This document shows positions 10,108 to 19,417 of a DNA stretch of 64,000 bases, piece by piece. The notes under the pieces are model-generated. The model saw only the letters and a program-made list of their open reading frames with translations. It made no database searches and was not told the origin of the DNA. Made by a program: the position numbers and the translations under genes. Each line of letters starts with the position of its first letter. The stretch's first letter is position 1. This stretch comes from Candidatus Poribacteria bacterium (GTDB taxonomy: Bacteria > Poribacteria > WGA-4E > PCPOR2b), in the NCBI GenBank assembly GCA_965218095.1, contig OZ244587.1, positions 3,872,001-3,936,000 of the forward strand. The letters are read 5' to 3'.

Positions 10108-10932
10108 ATGATGAAACTATCACTATCAGGCAGGATCGCAGAAGAAGAACATATCAAAGATGGGACCGCCATCAGCTTTGCGGATCTAGCCCAACTGGCA
10201 AGCGAGATTGGGTTTCAGGCACTCTGTATTAGACCCTCTCAGGTGACAGTGGAAACGCCGGACGAGGAAATCCGGTGTCTGCGACAGATCTTGGACACCT
10301 ATGGCCTTCAGTCCTCGATGGTTTGTCTGCATACCGCTATCGCTGCCAACATGTCGGAGGCAGGCCAGTCCCTCCGGGATTTTGGCCGAGATATAGACGT
10401 GGCGGAGATGCTGGGTTCTAGGTTAATCCGGATCACTATCAAGACCGAAGCAGATGTGAGCTGGGCGCAGCGGGCAGCCGATCAGGCTCAGGAACGCGGG
10501 ATGCGCCTAGTGCATCTGACCCACACCAACAGCCCGTTTGAAACTATCGAGCAGTGCCTGGAGATGACAGCGCGCATCAACCGGCCCAACTTTGGCCTCA
10601 CCGTCGAGCCTGCTAACCTGCTCTTGTGCCGCTAGGACTACGGGCCAGCAGCCCTACAGCGGCTTGGTCCTCACATATTCAACGTTTACGTACAGAACCT
10701 GCGCCTGGATGAGAAAGGAAGCAAGAGCATTCAAACCAATCGAGGAATCGTCCACTACGAACGCCTCATTGTGGGAGAGGGGGCGGGAATCGATTTCGAG
10801 AGCTTCTTCCAGGGACTGAAGTCCATCAATTATGAGGGGTTCGTGACGAACCACCAACCCTCTAATGAGGAGATGAGTACACGAGAACTTGCTCAATACG
10901 TCTTCGACCATCTTACGAGATTTCTGCATTGA
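10108..10932 (+). pseudogene. Sugar phosphate isomerase/epimerase with an in-frame TAG at 10633-10635
   Basis: Frame continues past the TAG: EPANLLLCR*DYGPAALQRLGPHIFNVYVQN...YEGFVTNHQP...RFLH, stop at 10930-10932. Confidence 0.85.
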
Positions 10933-10992
10933 CACGACCAAACAAAAAGGGTGAACTTCATCTGCACACTTAGAAGTTTGTGAGTAAAGACT

Positions 10993-11622
10993 ATGAAACT
11001 AATAAATGGAGTTGAAGTCCTGACTACAGTAGAGGAATTAGTGAACCCTCTCTACGCGGCAGTACTGGTTATCGACATGCAAAAGGGAATCAATAACTAT
11101 GACAGGGACAGTCTTGTGGCCCAGTCAATTCCTCGTATACAACGGCTGATTGCAGTAGCGCGCAAGAGAAGTATTTTGGTTTGTTACGCCGAGTTTATTC
11201 ACAGTGACGCGAGAGGAACGCCCCTTGTAGATGGTCCCAATCTCTTTTGTCATCGCAATAAACAGAGCGTCGTCTCTTTGAAGGAAGATCAGCCCGAAGC
11301 ACAGACGATAGATGAGCTTGCGCCGCAACATGGCGACTTGATTATTCGGAAAAATCGAGCAAGCGCATTTTCTTACACGTCGTTGGATGCCTATCTCAAA
11401 GCGCGCAACATCAAGAGCCTCATAATCACAGGCGTTTCAACTCGCGGCTGTGTGCTGATGACGGCAGTCGACACCCAAATGCATGGATACTACCCGGTTG
11501 TCCTGAGAGATTGTGTAGCCACAGGCTCAATGCAATGGCAGGAACTTGCACTGACATGGATGGAGAGCGAGATGGCTGTCATTACATCTGAAGAGGTTCT
11601 TTCAAACTGGAATAGTTCCTAG
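10993..11622 (+). CDS. Isochorismatase-family cysteine hydrolase
   Basis: VLVIDMQ, KNRASAF and GVSTRGCV catalytic D-K-C motifs. Confidence 0.92.
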   Translation: MKLINGVEVLTTVEELVNPLYAAVLVIDMQKGINNYDRDSLVAQSIPRIQRLIAVARKRSILVCYAEFIHSDARGTPLVDGPNLFCHRNKQSVVSLKEDQPEAQTIDELAPQHGDLIIRKNRASAFSYTSLDAYLKARNIKSLIITGVSTRGCVLMTAVDTQMHGYYPVVLRDCVATGSMQWQELALTWMESEMAVITSEEVLSNWNSS

Positions 11623-11636
11623 AAACCCTTTTGGGT

Positions 11637-11705
11637 GATGTCACGGATTTTGTGGGTTCAGCCGAACAATATGACGATATGACCGTTGTTGTAGCAAAGA
11701 TAGAA
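11637..11705 (+). pseudogene. C-terminal remnant of a SpoIIE/PP2C phosphatase
   Basis: Translates as DVTDFVGSAEQYDDMTVVVAKIE (DDxT motif). Confidence 0.6.
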
Positions 11706-11810
11706 TATACCTTTCCACGAAATAAACCCGATCACTGGCTGTAGGTCGACACACGTTGATGGTCGGTAATGAAATCCCGACCTACAGAAGAAATTCTGTG
11801 GAATGGTATA
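11706..11810. repeat. MITE with an internal GTAG-type REP palindrome
   Basis: Ends TATACCTTTCCACG / TGTGGAATGGTATA; internal CTGTAGGTCG...CGACCTACAG. Confidence 0.6.
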
Positions 11811-11844
11811 GGAGTACGAGAACGGTTACGTCAGGAATTTTCTC

Positions 11845-12308
11845 ATGCGTGTTATTGCTAATCACGATGTCCTGCGACAATTTGACTTGACGTTGCTAAA
11901 TTGCAGGACATTGTCAATGAGTTAACGCTTGACAGATTCAATTTTGCGCAAGAATTTTTGTTGCAAGCACAAGCACAAAACTTGTCTACGATAAGCGGAC
12001 AGAAAATCGCCATCTCGCGCAGTTACTACGCTATGTACCAAAGCGCACGTACCGTTATCTTTCACTATGGACGCGCTGATATTGAAGGACACGAAGAAAT
12101 TGCCAAGCGATTGCCTTCTACCTTGCCCAATAGAGGGCATTGGGGCATCTGTTTCAATGAATGGCATGATCAACGCAATTAAGTGGATTATTCGCCTTAT
12201 CCGAAGGGTAACCTTCACACCATTGCTCAACAAGCGCTTGTGGAAGCAGGGGATTTTCTTTCCCTTTGCGCTCAATTTTTACAAACAAGAGGTATTCCGC
12301 ATGTTTAG
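11845..12308 (+). pseudogene. HEPN-domain protein with a degraded N-terminus and an in-frame TAA at 12180
   Basis: AISRSYYAMYQSAR, then HDQRN*VDYSPYP (Rx-ADY-like HEPN motif); the frame continues to a TAG at 12306-12308. Confidence 0.75.
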
Positions 12309-12554
12309 AGGAATTGTTAAATTACCTAGTTACATCCGAATAGAGGTAGATGAATACGAACTCGAACAATTTGTCGCTCACCGTTACGAAGGACGTTTTG
12401 GTGAATCTCCACAAAAATTGAAGCCGCCCGGTACCCAGGCGTGATTGATATTGTTATTTACATCAAGGAAACCACTGATGAAAAGCAAAAGTTCGCAAAC
12501 GAAATCAGCGAAAAATTATCTGACGATGGACTGAACAATATTGTCTTGGTGTGA
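12301..12554 (+). pseudogene. Small partner gene overlapping the HEPN stop, apparently frameshifted
   Basis: ATG overlaps the HEPN 3' end; MFRGIVKLPSYIRIEVDE..., continuing in another frame as VIDIVIYIKETTDEKQKFANEISEKL. Confidence 0.4.
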
Positions 12555-12634
12555 AAACCGGAATAACCAAACCGGACGGATTGCGGATGGGATGAAAAAG
12601 TAGAGGCAACTATCAGAAATAATCGTTCAGATAA

Positions 12635-13743
12635 CTGAGGGGTGCTCATAAGTCCCCTTATCGAAAGAGTGTAATCAGATGTGTTACATTTCTCAGGGGT
12701 CTTCCCCAAATAGAATTGACTAACATAGCCAGTTGCAGTAAAACCACCCCCAGCATCAAAAAGGTAGAGACATTCGCTTTTCGACTCACCGGCAATTGCT
12801 TATGATTGGTATGGGTCGATAGTAATTGGCTCAACAATCCAAAGATAGGTTCAATAGCAACCTTGCGCTTGTGTTGATAGGTCTGCAACTGCGCCGATTG
12901 ATTCACCGCTTCAACATAACGCCGTGCCCGCTGACTCTTTGCGCCTCTGACGGGAGTGATTAGCAACAGTCCCTGGTTCGCCAAGTGTTGGGTACGTTTC
13001 AAGTCGGTATAGCCGGCATCAGCGACTAAATACCCGATGTTCTGTTCAAGCAGTGTGTCGAGTTGTCGGTCAAGGACGGCTTTTTCACTCACACACGCGG
13101 TGTCAATGGCACTCATACGAGGCAATCCCTCTATAGAGACGGTCAGATGAAGCCCATAGCCGTAAACCCAACCGTGATAGTGACTCTTTGACCAACTGGC
13201 GTCTGTGTCAATGGCACGGATGCCAGTTGGGATGCGATTGGCATTTCTATCCTTCTGATGCCAGACGCTTCCTTTTGCCTTAAACAGACTTTTGTCTTGG
13301 TAAACCACCTCTGGAGGTGAGTCAGGTATCAAAGTCATTCCCACATCACCGAGATACCCGATGAACGCCTCTAGCTGGTAAGCGAGTTGTTTGTAGCGTC
13401 GGCAAAGGGTTGCCCGAGACGGAACACATGCCAGTTTAAGACGACACAGCCACTGCGGGTGTAGCTTGAGCCATCTGTGTTGTGCCTTAAAGCGATGGAG
13501 GCCTTTGAGCGTTAAGATGGCAAAAAGGACAATCAAGCAGTCGTCTGTATACGATTTCGGACGTCCATGGCTCTCAGGTGGCGGTGCATGGCTGGAAGCG
13601 TTGAAATGGTCAAGTTGTTCAAACAAAAATGTGATATAATACGTACTGTCAGGATAACCCATGTTATAATCCTCTCTTTCTTGCACGTTAGATTAGATTA
13701 TAACCGTTATCCTGACTCAAGTCTACTTATGAGCACCCCTCAG
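12635..13743 (-). mobile_element. DDE IS 'A' (IS4/IS5/IS982-superfamily-like transposase, CDS 12658-13686)
   Basis: Perfect terminal repeats CTGAGGGGTGCTCATAAGT / ACTTATGAGCACCCCTCAG; D(KS)..D(AGY)..E(PIF) triad; flanked by ATAA on both sides. Confidence 0.93.
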
Positions 13744-13747
13744 ATAA

Positions 13748-14860
13748 CTGAGGGGTGTGCATAGTAGTTCATTGGAAAACAGCCGCCATATGAGAGATAT
13801 TGCGAGCAGGTAACTTCCATATGGCATTGGCAATCATAGCCACTTGCACTGATAACACCCCGATAGCTAAACAACAGCGTACATTGAAAAACCCCTTGAC
13901 CGGTAACTGCTTCTGTTGAGGAGTGGTGCCTATCACTTTAGCAATCAAGTCAAACAACGGTTCAACCGAACTGCGACGTTTGCTTAAACAGAGACGCTGC
14001 TTGGGTTGGTTGATAAATCGATGATACGCCTTGGCAAACCGTCCCTTTGTCCATCTAAGTGCCGGGGTAATCAAAGCGACTTGTGCCTTCGCCCAACGAC
14101 GGATACGGTCTGCTTGGGTATAGGCATCATCGGCAGTGAGTGTCTGCGGTGAAAGTTGTGTCAGAATCTCAGACGCTTTAGCATCTATCGCCCAACTTTC
14201 GGAGACCGACGCACGGTGCACAGTTATCAGTGTTGGGAACGCACCTTGTGTGCAGATAATGTGAAGTCCGTAGCCATAGACCCAGCCATGATAACCACTC
14301 TTGCTCCACGTGGCATCGGTGTCGAGGTTGCGTAGATGTTTAGGTACTTTTCCTGCTTTGCGGTCAGTTTGATGCCAGACGGGTCCTCGTGCCTTAAATA
14401 AACTTTTGTCGGCTACCAGATGAGCCAAGTTGAATTGTTGGGACAAGTCAGTGGCATACTGACCGATAAACAATACAAATGCCTCTATCACTTCATATAA
14501 TGCCTTATAGCGACGTGCAATCGTGGTTCGATGAGGGGGCTGTTGCCACCCCAGCATTTGTAACACTTCTGGGTGATTGATTAGCCACCGCCATTGCGTT
14601 TTGAAGCCATAGATGCCGTGAAACTGCATCAACATGAAGAAAATGATAAACGAGGTGGTTGAATATGTCAATGGTTTTGCGTGTGTGACACCTGGTTTGT
14701 CAATACGGTGTTGCATAAACTGCTCAAAGAGTTGCATAATAAGAGTGACATAATCAGCCAACATTGGTCTTTGTACCATATTGGGGCTCCTTTTGCTATG
14801 ATAACAATAGGAAACCCTTTTGGCTTGATTATGTCAACTATATTTATGCACACCCCTCAG
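13748..14860 (-). mobile_element. DDE IS 'B', related to IS 'A' (CDS 13769-14779)
   Basis: Ends CTGAGGGGTGTGCATA / TATGCACACCCCTCAG; shares DKSLFKAxGxVWHQxDR and WSKSxYHGWVYGYGLH with IS A; flanked by ATAA. Confidence 0.93.
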
Positions 14861-14944
14861 ATAAGTAGGGTCGGGTTAAAGAACGGGCAAGGGAAATTCT
14901 TGATGGCAAGAAATAGAACTTTACGTTTTATGTTTCACTGATTT

Positions 14945-15448
14945 ATGCGTATAATCGTTGAGCTTTTCATCCGTTGGATCCATTTGATTGCTGGGATAGT
15001 ATGGTTCAGTGGGATCTTCTTTTCCGCCATCATTGCAACCCCTATTTTGAGACGCAATTTATCCCTCGTTGAAAGCCTCCAGCATACATCGGCGATTCGG
15101 GATCGCCTCCGTGTCATTATCCGTGTTACAATTCATGTGCTGCTAATCACGGGGGCAATGAACTTCTTCATCGTGGGGCTGAATACGAAGATGACATTTT
15201 CGCGGGATTACACCGTGATTTTCGTCGTCAAAATGGGTCTTGTGGCTTTGATGGTGTTGTTTCACAGCCTGCACCTCTCAGTCTTTGGTCGGAAATTGGA
15301 AGAGGTAGTCACCGATCTGAACCCGACTGATTCTACTGTACCGCCATCAACTGCTAAACTTCAAAGACAAACACAGTTGTTCGCAATCCTAACGATTCTT
15401 TCAGGACTGGCTGTGTTTATCCTCGCTCTGGGTCTGAAAGGCGCTTGA
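14945..15448 (+). CDS. Four-TM membrane protein (CopD/DUF4149-like)
   Basis: RWIHLIAGIVWFSG N-terminal motif; four hydrophobic helices. Confidence 0.65.
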   Translation: MRIIVELFIRWIHLIAGIVWFSGIFFSAIIATPILRRNLSLVESLQHTSAIRDRLRVIIRVTIHVLLITGAMNFFIVGLNTKMTFSRDYTVIFVVKMGLVALMVLFHSLHLSVFGRKLEEVVTDLNPTDSTVPPSTAKLQRQTQLFAILTILSGLAVFILALGLKGA

Positions 15449-15482
15449 GGTTATATCAGTCAAATTTAAGAAATGAACCATC

Positions 15483-16340
15483 ATGTTCAAGGGTGAGAAT
15501 GAAATTCAAACAGAAACGTGCTGCATGGCTCTGGGTGGCGCCCTCTTAATGTGCAGTGTTGTGCTCTCAATGAACGTTTGGGCGCAGGCGCCAAAACAAG
15601 CACAAATCACCTTTACATCCACTCGAGATGGGAACTGGGAAATTTACGTGATGGGCCCCGAGGGGAAGAATCCCCGCAACCTGACAAACCATTCTGCGCC
15701 GGATGGTAGGCCGGCGTGGTCTCCGGACAGTCAGCAGATTGTATTCTATTCTAGGCAGCACGGGAACTTTGACATCTACGTGATGGACGCCGACGGGAAA
15801 AACCGCAGCAACCTGACAAATCATCCCGCGATTGACTGGGATCCGGTTTGGTCTCCGGATGGTCGGCAGATTGCATTCTATTCCAAGCGACATAGGAACT
15901 CTGACATCTACGTGATGGACGCTGATGGGAAAAACCGCAGCAACCTGACAAACCATCCCTCGGTTGACGATATGCCGGCATGGTCACCGGATGGTCAGGA
16001 GATTGCTTTCATTTCCAGACGGGATGGGAACTTTGAAATCTACGTGATGAACGCGGATGGAAAAAACCCCCGCAGACTGACGAACCATCCTGCAGATGAT
16101 TACGCGCCGGCATGGTCTCCAGATGGTCAGACGATTGCTTTTCATGCCCAACGGAGCCGGACAGCTGACATCTACGTGATGGATACGGCTGGGAAGAATC
16201 TCCGCAGACTGACAACTCACCCTGCACATGATTATTGTGCTGACTGGTTTAACCCGAAGTTACCCCGTCCTGTTTCTCCCTTGGGCAAATGCCCTTTTAC
16301 GTGGGGGTGGCTCAAGCGGGTGCGATTAAATTTCCGATAA
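15483..16340 (+). CDS. TolB-like PD40-repeat beta-propeller protein with a C-terminal TWGxLK motif
   Basis: About five repeats of EIYVM(D/N)ADGKN..NLTNH..D..PAWSPDG.QIAF; signal-like N-terminus (start uncertain). Confidence 0.9.
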   Translation: MFKGENEIQTETCCMALGGALLMCSVVLSMNVWAQAPKQAQITFTSTRDGNWEIYVMGPEGKNPRNLTNHSAPDGRPAWSPDSQQIVFYSRQHGNFDIYVMDADGKNRSNLTNHPAIDWDPVWSPDGRQIAFYSKRHRNSDIYVMDADGKNRSNLTNHPSVDDMPAWSPDGQEIAFISRRDGNFEIYVMNADGKNPRRLTNHPADDYAPAWSPDGQTIAFHAQRSRTADIYVMDTAGKNLRRLTTHPAHDYCADWFNPKLPRPVSPLGKCPFTWGWLKRVRLNFR

Positions 16341-16435
16341 CGTGGGTTCTGCAAAAAACCGATTTGGCGCCTCCATCACATCGTGTGTCATGTAATCCGT
16401 ATCATGCATCACGTTTCACGCTTTAGGGAGCAACA

Positions 16436-17737
16436 ATGGATATGAAAGTCCAGGCCGTCTCGTGGAATATCACGCGGCTATGTAATCTGAAATGTACGCA
16501 CTGCTATCTTCCGGCCGGTTTTGTTGATACGAATGAATTTCCGGATGGATATTACCGCGATTCGGAATTGACTCACTCACAATGCTTTCGCGTGATTGAC
16601 GAGATTGCCGAAATTAACCCTAATATCCTCCTGATTCTTACGGGTGGCGAACCGCTGTTGCGCCCGGACATTTTGGAAATCTCCAAATATGCGGCTCAAA
16701 CCGGTTTCCTCGTTGTCATGGGGACAAACGGCGTGCTTCTGGATGATGAGACCGTTCAGAAGATGCTCGATCACGGCGTCAGCGGAGCCGGAATCAGTCT
16801 AGATTCTATTGATCCGGTCAATCACGACAAGTTCAGGGGGATGGAGGGGGCTTATGAAGCGACGATGAACGGCATCGAAGCCCTCAAACGCGCCAGCGTC
16901 GATTTTCTGGTGCAGACCTCTGTGACGCGCTGGAACTACGATGAGATTCCTCAGATCGTTGAGTTTGCCCATCAGTCAGGCGCGAAAGTCTTGAATCTCT
17001 ATTTTTTGGTGAAGACCGGCCGGGGGAAAACGGTCATGGACATTACCCCCGCGCAGTATGAGCATATGCTCTCGATGCTATTTGAGTTGCAGGCAAAGTA
17101 TCGTGGCAAAATGCTCGTTGCGGCAAAATGCGCCCCGCACTACAAACGGGTGATTTACGAGCAGCAGTCTGACTCCCCCTTCCTCCAAGCCTATCCAAGC
17201 GGCACCTGCCCATGTGGCATCTACTACTGTCGCATCACGCCCGAAGGCAATCTGACGCCATGTCCGTATATGCCGGTGACCGTCGGCAACCTAAAAGAGG
17301 AAAGCTTCGTCATACTCTGGAAAGAATCGAAAATCTTCCAAGATCTGCGAAATCGGAGGTTGTTGGAAGGCAAATGTGGCGCCTGTGAATTTCGTGATGT
17401 TTGCGGTGGTTGTCGTGCCCGCGCCTACGCACTCACGGGAAACTATCTCGCCGAAGATCCCTCCTGCGAATACCAACCGGGACAGTACGGAATTCAGAGC
17501 ATTCGCTTTGAAAAGACAACCCCCTTTGCGGCTGAAATCGCCTTTGAGTTACGATGGACGGATGCAGCCAAAGAACGGCTAAAGCGCGTCCCCTCCTTTG
17601 CGCGGGGGATGGTGACCAAAAGCGTTGAAAAGTATGCCCGTGAGCATAGCTGCCATGAGATTACGCCGGAGATCATGAAGGCTGTGAAGGAGAGCTTTGA
17701 TAAAACGGGAATTCCGTCCTTCAGCCCACGACGCTAG
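16436..17737 (+). CDS. Radical SAM/SPASM protein (AhbD/NirJ-like) with a C-terminal PCP_red-like domain
   Basis: CNLKCTHC, LTGGEPLLRPD, CAPHYKRV, TPCPY and GKCGACEFRDVCGGCRARAY; tail WTDAAKERLKRVPSFARGMV. Confidence 0.88.
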   Translation: MDMKVQAVSWNITRLCNLKCTHCYLPAGFVDTNEFPDGYYRDSELTHSQCFRVIDEIAEINPNILLILTGGEPLLRPDILEISKYAAQTGFLVVMGTNGVLLDDETVQKMLDHGVSGAGISLDSIDPVNHDKFRGMEGAYEATMNGIEALKRASVDFLVQTSVTRWNYDEIPQIVEFAHQSGAKVLNLYFLVKTGRGKTVMDITPAQYEHMLSMLFELQAKYRGKMLVAAKCAPHYKRVIYEQQSDSPFLQAYPSGTCPCGIYYCRITPEGNLTPCPYMPVTVGNLKEESFVILWKESKIFQDLRNRRLLEGKCGACEFRDVCGGCRARAYALTGNYLAEDPSCEYQPGQYGIQSIRFEKTTPFAAEIAFELRWTDAAKERLKRVPSFARGMVTKSVEKYAREHSCHEITPEIMKAVKESFDKTGIPSFSPRR

Positions 17738-17815
17738 AAGAAGTTCAAGAGTTCAGGAGTTTATCAGTTCATTTGCACATTATGCTTTACACTTCACGCT
17801 TGAGGAGAAAAAGTC

Positions 17816-18250
17816 ATGAGTACACAAAACAAGGTTGAAGAACGACTCTCTGCTGTCGAAGACCGACTGGATCGCCTGGAAGATCTGCTGATTGGCATCA
17901 GCCAGAAATTGGATTACAAACCCCAGCCAGCTCCCGTTGATGAAGAGAAGGCGGAAACACTCAAGGGGTGGGTGACCGATTATGTGTCAATGCGTTTACA
18001 ACAGCTTGTGCCTGAAACGTGTGATCATCCCCCCACTGAAACGCAGGTGCTTGCATCCCGATTTGTCGGGGAAGGACCGTTTCTGGGCAACACGTCAATC
18101 CGTTGCACAGAAGAAGTAGTCCACCGCGTTAAACGTATTCCGATCCCATTTGTTCGGGATATGGTTGTCCAACGTGTCGCTGAAAACGCCCGTGATGCAA
18201 ATGTAGATCTAGTCGATATAGAATTTTTTGAGAAAGCGGCGACCTTTTGA
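17816..18250 (+). CDS. Hypothetical protein: N-terminal coiled coil plus C-terminal PCP_red-like module
   Basis: VEERLSAVEDRLDRLEDLL; CTEEVVHRVKRIPIPFVRDMVVQRVAENAR; RBS GAGGAG. Confidence 0.7.
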   Translation: MSTQNKVEERLSAVEDRLDRLEDLLIGISQKLDYKPQPAPVDEEKAETLKGWVTDYVSMRLQQLVPETCDHPPTETQVLASRFVGEGPFLGNTSIRCTEEVVHRVKRIPIPFVRDMVVQRVAENARDANVDLVDIEFFEKAATF

Positions 18251-18349
18251 CAGTGCAAAGCAACGGAGGAGTTCCCTCTGCCGCACTTCCATTGGGAGGA
18301 TTTTTTGACGGCTCCGCTCTGAGCCGGTGTCAAATTCCCAACTTTAGGC

Positions 18350-18473
18350 TAGGGCTATTTAATTCTCCAACCAGCCCACAGAAAATCATGATCGAGATCC
18401 TTCGCAAAGCCTCAGGATGACTGAATTTGTCGCTCTGAACGAAGTGAAGAATCTCGAAAACTAAATGACCCTA
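18350..18473. mobile_element. 124-bp MITE with an 8-bp target duplication
   Basis: Ends TAGGGCTATTTAATT / AACTAAATGACCCTA; direct repeat CTTTAGGC at 18342-18349 and 18474-18481; internal GAGATCCTTCG..CTCAGGATGAC REP-like motif. Confidence 0.8.
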
Positions 18474-18509
18474 CTTTAGGCACTTTAGCTCACGTTAGGC
18501 ACTTCAAAC

Positions 18510-18890
18510 ATGGAATGGGTACTTAATCTTTTCTCTGAATATCTTGAAAACGACTTCAAAAAACGATTGGGAAATCCCAAACCGACAGTTGATGAACTGT
18601 GGGAAGCGTTTAAGGTGTTTTTTCCAACCACCACTGCGAGGCTATTGGTACAAGAACCTGTCGGAAACACGGTTCGATTTAAGTCGCTTGTGTTCTATTA
18701 TGCCGATGAAATGGGACCGTTGATCGAAGATCCGATGGGCTACATCAAGGAAAATTTCGGTGGCGGGAAATTCAAGATTAACTTCTATCAGGGCATGCAA
18801 TTCATTGCAACGATTAACTTCAAACCAGAGGGATCCGAGATCTGGCGTGATTTGCCGGAACTGGATGAGTCACAAATATCTGTCGATTGA
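18510..18890 (+). CDS. Hypothetical protein
   Basis: 126-aa ORF with a plausible composition (FGGGKFKINFYQG). Confidence 0.65.
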   Translation: MEWVLNLFSEYLENDFKKRLGNPKPTVDELWEAFKVFFPTTTARLLVQEPVGNTVRFKSLVFYYADEMGPLIEDPMGYIKENFGGGKFKINFYQGMQFIATINFKPEGSEIWRDLPELDESQISVD

Positions 18891-18911
18891 GTCGGGCAAC
18901 GTATCGAAATT

Positions 18912-19334
18912 ATGAGCTCTCAACAGAAATTTACAGAGTGCCCCAAATGTCATAGCAAGAACGTACAGGCGGTCGGTGAAGATGGGTGGTTCTGCCTCGA
19001 TTGCGAGTGGGATAATCTGACCGCTGTCACCAAACCAATAGATTCGCTGATTTCCGCCTTGCGACACGGCGATCGGGAAGCACGGCGAGAAGCAGCGCAA
19101 GCATTGATCAATACTGGGGATTTTGATCGGCACCTCGCAACGCCGGATGATATTGAGCCCTTGTTTGAAGCCCTTGGCGATCCGGATGACGACATCCGCT
19201 ATTTTGCGGCTGTTGCACTGGGAAAGCTTGGCGATGCATGTGCACTTACGAGGCTCAAACAAGTCGCACAAAGCGATCCTGCTGTGCTGGTACGTGAGGG
19301 CGCTAAGACCGCAATTGAACGGATTGAGGGATGA
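18912..19334 (+). CDS. Zinc-ribbon plus HEAT-repeat protein
   Basis: CPKC..CLDC; two to three HEAT/PBS-like repeats (DDIRYFAAVALGKLGD). Confidence 0.8.
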   Translation: MSSQQKFTECPKCHSKNVQAVGEDGWFCLDCEWDNLTAVTKPIDSLISALRHGDREARREAAQALINTGDFDRHLATPDDIEPLFEALGDPDDDIRYFAAVALGKLGDACALTRLKQVAQSDPAVLVREGAKTAIERIEG

Positions 19335-19417
19335 TTCGATACATCCACGAAATTTTCTCAAGAAAGCCTCTGTGTTTTTGAACATAGAGAACACTTACGC
19401 CTTTTTGGAGTTGAAGA

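Noticed and set aside
13687-14860. Guide or bridge RNA in the non-coding ends of IS A and IS B
   Set aside because: The ends are only about 20-80 bp and the enzymes are DDE-type, not IS110 or TnpB/IscB
15640-16230. 132-bp DNA repeats as a non-coding array or DGR template
   Set aside because: They are in-frame PD40 protein repeats; no reverse transcriptase nearby and no adenine-specific variation was evident
16436-18250. RiPP cluster with the 144-aa protein as precursor
   Set aside because: The enzyme has AhbD/NirJ-type motifs and no PqqD/RRE domain, and the small protein looks folded rather than leader-plus-core
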